Part shown: positions 61,001-64,000 of the stretch, piece after piece
How positions within the stretch are numbered: position 1 is the stretch's first letter
Layout of the letters: every line of letters begins with the position of its first letter
Made by a program: the position numbers and the translations under genes
DNA from: Candidatus Omnitrophota bacterium
GTDB taxonomy: Bacteria; Omnitrophota; Gorgyraeia; 2-01-FULL-45-10
NCBI GenBank assembly: GCA_041650935.1
Contig: JBAZKH010000005.1
Coordinates: 1,574 to 65,573, forward strand
Length of the DNA: 64,000 nucleotides
Reading direction: 5' to 3'
The notes under the pieces: generated by a model
Databases searched by the model: none
Told to the model about the DNA's origin: nothing
What the model saw: the letters and a program-made list of their open reading frames with translations, nothing else

Positions 61001-63996
61001 GTGTCGGTTTCAGAAATTAATCGAATTGGTAATGGCCATCTCAACGCTCCGACATGCGGAGATCCCTTTTCTTTTTTATTATAATCTTGATAAAAATCGT
61101 CTTTTACCACAGCACAAATTTCGTTATCTTTGTCGAAACCGAGACAAATGAGAGGATTTGGACCTTTGTAAACATAGTTAACAACCCACCGAAGTAATTC
61201 TCCTGACATTGGAGTACGAAATACTTGTGTTTGTTCTGGGCCAAATGAGATAACGTGTTTCTCATGGTCTGCTACGCGTGCCCCTTCTTCAAACGCAATT
61301 GTTTCGCCATTTGTCAGCGTAATATCTAATTGGTGAGCAAAACGGCTATGTTGTCTCTCAAACGTATAGTCATCTATAGGGTGCGCATCGCCTGGCGATG
61401 TCGTTATAGCAGAAATCATCCTATCATTGCCTCTGCTCCATAATATCGCTCGCTCATCGTCTGGCAATATCTTATATTTTCTTCTTCCTAATATTTCGGG
61501 TGCTTTTATACGCAGAATTTCAAAGATTTTAGTAAGGATTGTAGGGTTCTCAGCTATAGTGGCATTTTTAGGCATTTCACCTGTGGCAGAGTCGCCGCGA
61601 GGACGTGCATCATATCCATGTATCATCCCATACGCGATGTCTTGAACATCGGAAGCGGCTGGTAAGTACCCTAAAGGATGCGCTGACCAAAAGCTTTCCG
61701 TTCTATGTGTAAATAAGCTAAGCCATGCCCTAAAGGCATCCCTGTCAGGTTCTGGGACATCTAACATATCCGCAATTTTATCAGAGTTAAGTACAATGGG
61801 GCTTAACGCTGGGTTCATCAAATAGTAATTGTAGAATTGAATAAACGGCACTAACCCATTTCGCGGAAGTGAAGTAACCTCAGTGTCAGGTTTATTGGGC
61901 ATCTTGCCTGTGGCAGAGTCACCACGGACAGGCTTCCCGGTAATCATCTTCTCTGTCTCTGCGGAAACCTTGTCAAATATATCCAACAGTCTTGCTCGTA
62001 ATTTGTTTCTCTCACCATATTCGTAAGTTGAAGTCGAGCTTAAATTTCTTCGAGATAACATTGTTATATCGGAATCCCGTTTTTCTTTGTCCGACGCCAA
62101 AGTCTCTTTTATTCTATTCCAATCTTCTTGCGTAGTCGCTGATTGTACCGCATGATTTAAATTTTCCAACATGTTCCATAGAGTGCTATATACATTACCA
62201 GCTCTCGTTTCAAAATAAGTAGGCGGCTCGAATTGTCTGATAATGTCATATCCTATTGAGACTAAGTTCCTGATTCTTCCCTTTGTTACGGCAGTGGTAT
62301 CTTTTACAGATTCTGAACTCTGGCCTGCATCTGGTGGCATTCTTCCCGTGGTAGAATCGCCACGAGTTGTCGCAATAGTTTCGATTCTATTACGAATTTC
62401 ATTTTTCATTCCTTCTGAAAATCCGTCAAAATTTTTATTGAATCCAGTGTTATATATGCGATTAAATATATCTTCTCTTATCTCTAGCTGGTTGGGATTC
62501 GACATGTTAATACTTCCTGTTGAGCCGGGAACATGTGCACGTAGCCATTTTTTGCCTTGTTTCATTTTTTGAACTAAAACTGATTCTCCGTCTTGCATGG
62601 TTTGGTTAACAATGTCTATGGCTTCTAGATGCATAAAAACATCCAACCTAAATGATATATCAGGATGTGCCGCCATAGATTCAGCATTCGTTGCATGGAT
62701 ATTATTTAAATCTCGAGTGGTGGGTAGTTGCCCGATTTCTAATACATAGGCAACAACTTTATTTACATAGTCGCTCAATCTGTATCCTGCTTCTTCAATT
62801 ACGGGCATAAGAGAATCCTTGCCTGACAGTCGGGAATCTAAATAATTGGCAATAAGATCATCGGCGATAGCCTGAACCAGCCGTTGCCGATTTGCTAAAC
62901 GCGATGCTTCTTCTGGTAATCCTGGTTGCGTTTGCTCTGTAGGCATTTCACCTGTAGCGGAGTCGCCGCGAGTCAAACCCTTTTCAATCTTTGCCAGTAT
63001 TTCTCCGACTTTAACCTGTGATACTTCCGGATCATTATTGGCATGCTGTATTTCCGTGCCGGTCTCTAAATAATATGTTGCGGCATTTAATTCGTGGAGT
63101 AGATAGTCAATGAACTCATTATTGTCTCCGGTATAAGTAACATTTACCCCGTAGCCGCGACTGAAAGATGCGATGCGCCACGGTATGACGGACTTATCTT
63201 TGCCTGTTACAACATGAATTAAGCCCTTGGATGCGCCAAATGGCTTGTTACCTATCTCGATAAGCTTTGCTACGTTCTCTTTGCCAATTTTGGCCTCTAA
63301 GGCTTTGGAAAGATCTGGAGCAAGGAAATCTGCTAACAAATGCGCCTCTAACCCATCGTATGTTTCATTAGGAGTATGCGCCATCTTGAGCAATAAGTCC
63401 CACATCGCTTGATGCCCTGGACAATCTTCTCTCGGCCAAAGTTTGTGATCAAATATGATTATATTTTCAAAACTCGGATCATAAGTTTCGTTCCCTTCCC
63501 TGACCGCATATAATGACTTACCCGCAATCTCGCCTACTTTTTCATTGAAACTTCCCGTTTGCGGTTCATGCGTTAATCTTAGGTACCCTCCGGGAACCAT
63601 TAAAAGAATCCCTTTCTTGGGATTTGCCTCCAAAGCACTTATAATATCGGCTGACAACGCAAATATATTTCTGTCGCGAGCACCTACTATCCCCATTTCA
63701 GAAAGTACTTGTGGAACAGCTATATTAGAAATACGTGATTCTACTATGGTCTCAATATGGCTTTTACCGCCTGAAAGTATTTTGAAATACGGGTTTTCGA
63801 TATCCGTTTTCTCAAATTTCGGCATTACCTCTATATATGAGTATCCCTTATTCTTTAATAGCTTTGAGAGGTTGCCGGTATGAAAACCGCCGGTTACAAG
63901 AATTGTTACATCCTTCTTTTCAGCTTTAAACTTATTCGCTATATTTTTTATGAAAGCATCGTCTCTTTTCTGGGAATATACATAGAACTTCTCCAT
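58012..63996 (-). CDS. Giant protein of unknown function (at least 1994 aa; possibly 5'-truncated by window edge) with 8 copies of RGDSATGEMP
   Basis: Long uninterrupted minus-strand ORF; motif copies at about 62943, 62335, 61899, 61571, 60434, 60113, 59264, 58813; no recognisable domains. Confidence 0.7.
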   Translation of the reverse strand: MEKFYVYSQKRDDAFIKNIANKFKAEKKDVTILVTGGFHTGNLSKLLKNKGYSYIEVMPKFEKTDIENPYFKILSGGKSHIETIVESRISNIAVPQVLSEMGIVGARDRNIFALSADIISALEANPKKGILLMVPGGYLRLTHEPQTGSFNEKVGEIAGKSLYAVREGNETYDPSFENIIIFDHKLWPREDCPGHQAMWDLLLKMAHTPNETYDGLEAHLLADFLAPDLSKALEAKIGKENVAKLIEIGNKPFGASKGLIHVVTGKDKSVIPWRIASFSRGYGVNVTYTGDNNEFIDYLLHELNAATYYLETGTEIQHANNDPEVSQVKVGEILAKIEKGLTRGDSATGEMPTEQTQPGLPEEASRLANRQRLVQAIADDLIANYLDSRLSGKDSLMPVIEEAGYRLSDYVNKVVAYVLEIGQLPTTRDLNNIHATNAESMAAHPDISFRLDVFMHLEAIDIVNQTMQDGESVLVQKMKQGKKWLRAHVPGSTGSINMSNPNQLEIREDIFNRIYNTGFNKNFDGFSEGMKNEIRNRIETIATTRGDSTTGRMPPDAGQSSESVKDTTAVTKGRIRNLVSIGYDIIRQFEPPTYFETRAGNVYSTLWNMLENLNHAVQSATTQEDWNRIKETLASDKEKRDSDITMLSRRNLSSTSTYEYGERNKLRARLLDIFDKVSAETEKMITGKPVRGDSATGKMPNKPDTEVTSLPRNGLVPFIQFYNYYLMNPALSPIVLNSDKIADMLDVPEPDRDAFRAWLSLFTHRTESFWSAHPLGYLPAASDVQDIAYGMIHGYDARPRGDSATGEMPKNATIAENPTILTKIFEILRIKAPEILGRRKYKILPDDERAILWSRGNDRMISAITTSPGDAHPIDDYTFERQHSRFAHQLDITLTNGETIAFEEGARVADHEKHVISFGPEQTQVFRTPMSGELLRWVVNYVYKGPNPLICLGFDKDNEICAVVKDDFYQDYNKKEKGSPHVGALRWPLPIRLISETDTERISGLTLISPQTESIAESTLVNPPEKVIYQRLLDVQNSHLVQTLSEVTEVEPILTMSDLLNKGVSDRNSISLRNVLEAIAWRSGSVRPQNSRVTKDAAGNVVKISVFFTLDSDRGTIVKELIFSRVNTSNQWEVSAGPTTQDFSLLARNDNTFWTSDLKLVPEGALIIAGTPTSDTKIRGDSATGEMPKNISPELAEQLKSARFISQGALNPPVEIAGSMPLATSPTDRRELIDYANRLADTLRARNFHESFWNTNFSNQSAQELSAWVAKANRLIREDDERRATRGDSATGEMPDTVILKNGAFAYRDGINAVMVALQHLLESRPELFVELVRKARNPDHKIWGGAENENHLKILNMLQSNGQLHDLTRNILLSAIEGEGLNMRLVSPIKFTSTLTTMKSDNKLPSSQDAKTPSQLAERIKNTDINAQAHPRDSWIIAECSLNGLREQMLSVHELTNRLPPDTDLSNISGEAIVRWLVQHEILMPHKSSELPERKPVVASKDGLEQYNTWMASKAPITIQWNDHYTGQPKQATGTIRLITPGPASLIWLTGEQFGIYISDITNASPARGDSATGEMPEDILSGWENTEIALLIGAIRYVSNQQHGLRILYETFHEKQWRERNEIEARNIIDSYVSERIDARAMEEALISFRTIADRVKGSGQQSLSGTSTVGTQMFPYSMVRTIMNRLESLKEQRGQQDSSRVSDTQRPRIKFKKIERGDSATGEMPVIPVSVVSNALGQKAVQIQGLEIANASDSWSGWIDIMRAIDQEIKNRCEKQIFDGAPGMINIPISEEFADQVFEAYQRYAAQPKNEVSRLIIRCNLSNNITVNLFRDTPEGRQALIVSVQKEIPDKDTQQKRVITFAYQKEGDKRDGKLESASYVVYMTGEIGKTATPVGTCGMTGLEFLNRSDLMARSTIDISKINESTERFIRGIAAIAGSASYEVLLDELAKMDASGIRQLLATGLILIRIRPIDTKEIVEFHERDAAVLKSL

Positions 63997-64000
63997 GCTA

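Noticed and set aside
1-64000. CRISPR arrays, IS elements, integrases, phage genes
   Set aside because: No direct-repeat/spacer arrays, transposase-like ORFs or terminal inverted repeats were seen. Only tRNA-end remnants were found, and these are reported separately.

Overview
This 64 kb window is bacterial and every supported gene lies on the minus strand. GC is moderate. AAGGAG/GGAGG-type Shine-Dalgarno sites are common, and several genes use TTG starts.

The centre of the window (about 10.0-42.9 kb) is one uninterrupted ribosomal superoperon. It runs tRNA-Thr, tuf, rpmG, tRNA-Trp, secE, nusG, rplKAJL, rpoBC, rpsLG, fusA, a second near-identical tuf, then the S10, spc and alpha operons. L30 (rpmD) is absent between rpsE and rplO, S14 is the Zn-binding type Z form, and L17 and S5 carry long low-complexity extensions.

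The left end holds an envelope-lipid cluster (DedA, a GT2, an LpxL-like acyltransferase, an MGDG-synthase-like GT28). Next to it is a central-metabolism cluster: a standalone lipoyl-domain protein, Lpd, Mdh, an NAD-type isocitrate dehydrogenase, an archaeal-type LeuCD-like hydro-lyase and AspAT.

To the right of the ribosomal block is a complete Bat/MoxR aerotolerance locus (MoxR, DUF58, a membrane protein, BatA-E). It is followed by tRNA-Gly, two orphan receiver proteins, a small secreted protein and a multi-PAS histidine kinase. A small RHH/nucleotidyltransferase/58-aa-ORF cassette follows, and then a giant ORF of at least 1994 aa that runs to the window edge.

The most unusual object is that giant ORF. 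It carries eight copies of a near-invariant decapeptide, RGDSATGEMP, set in otherwise unrelated sequence at irregular spacing. It has no recognisable domains and sits in a lower-GC region.

Other things worth a second look:
- two families of repeated structured RNA elements inside the ribosomal operon;
- a 1.26 kb tuf duplication that includes a 3' hairpin;
- tRNA 3'-end and 5'-half remnants next to tRNA-Trp and tRNA-Gly;
- a 30-bp perfect palindrome upstream of the RHH gene;
- a start-abutting uORF in front of the kinase.
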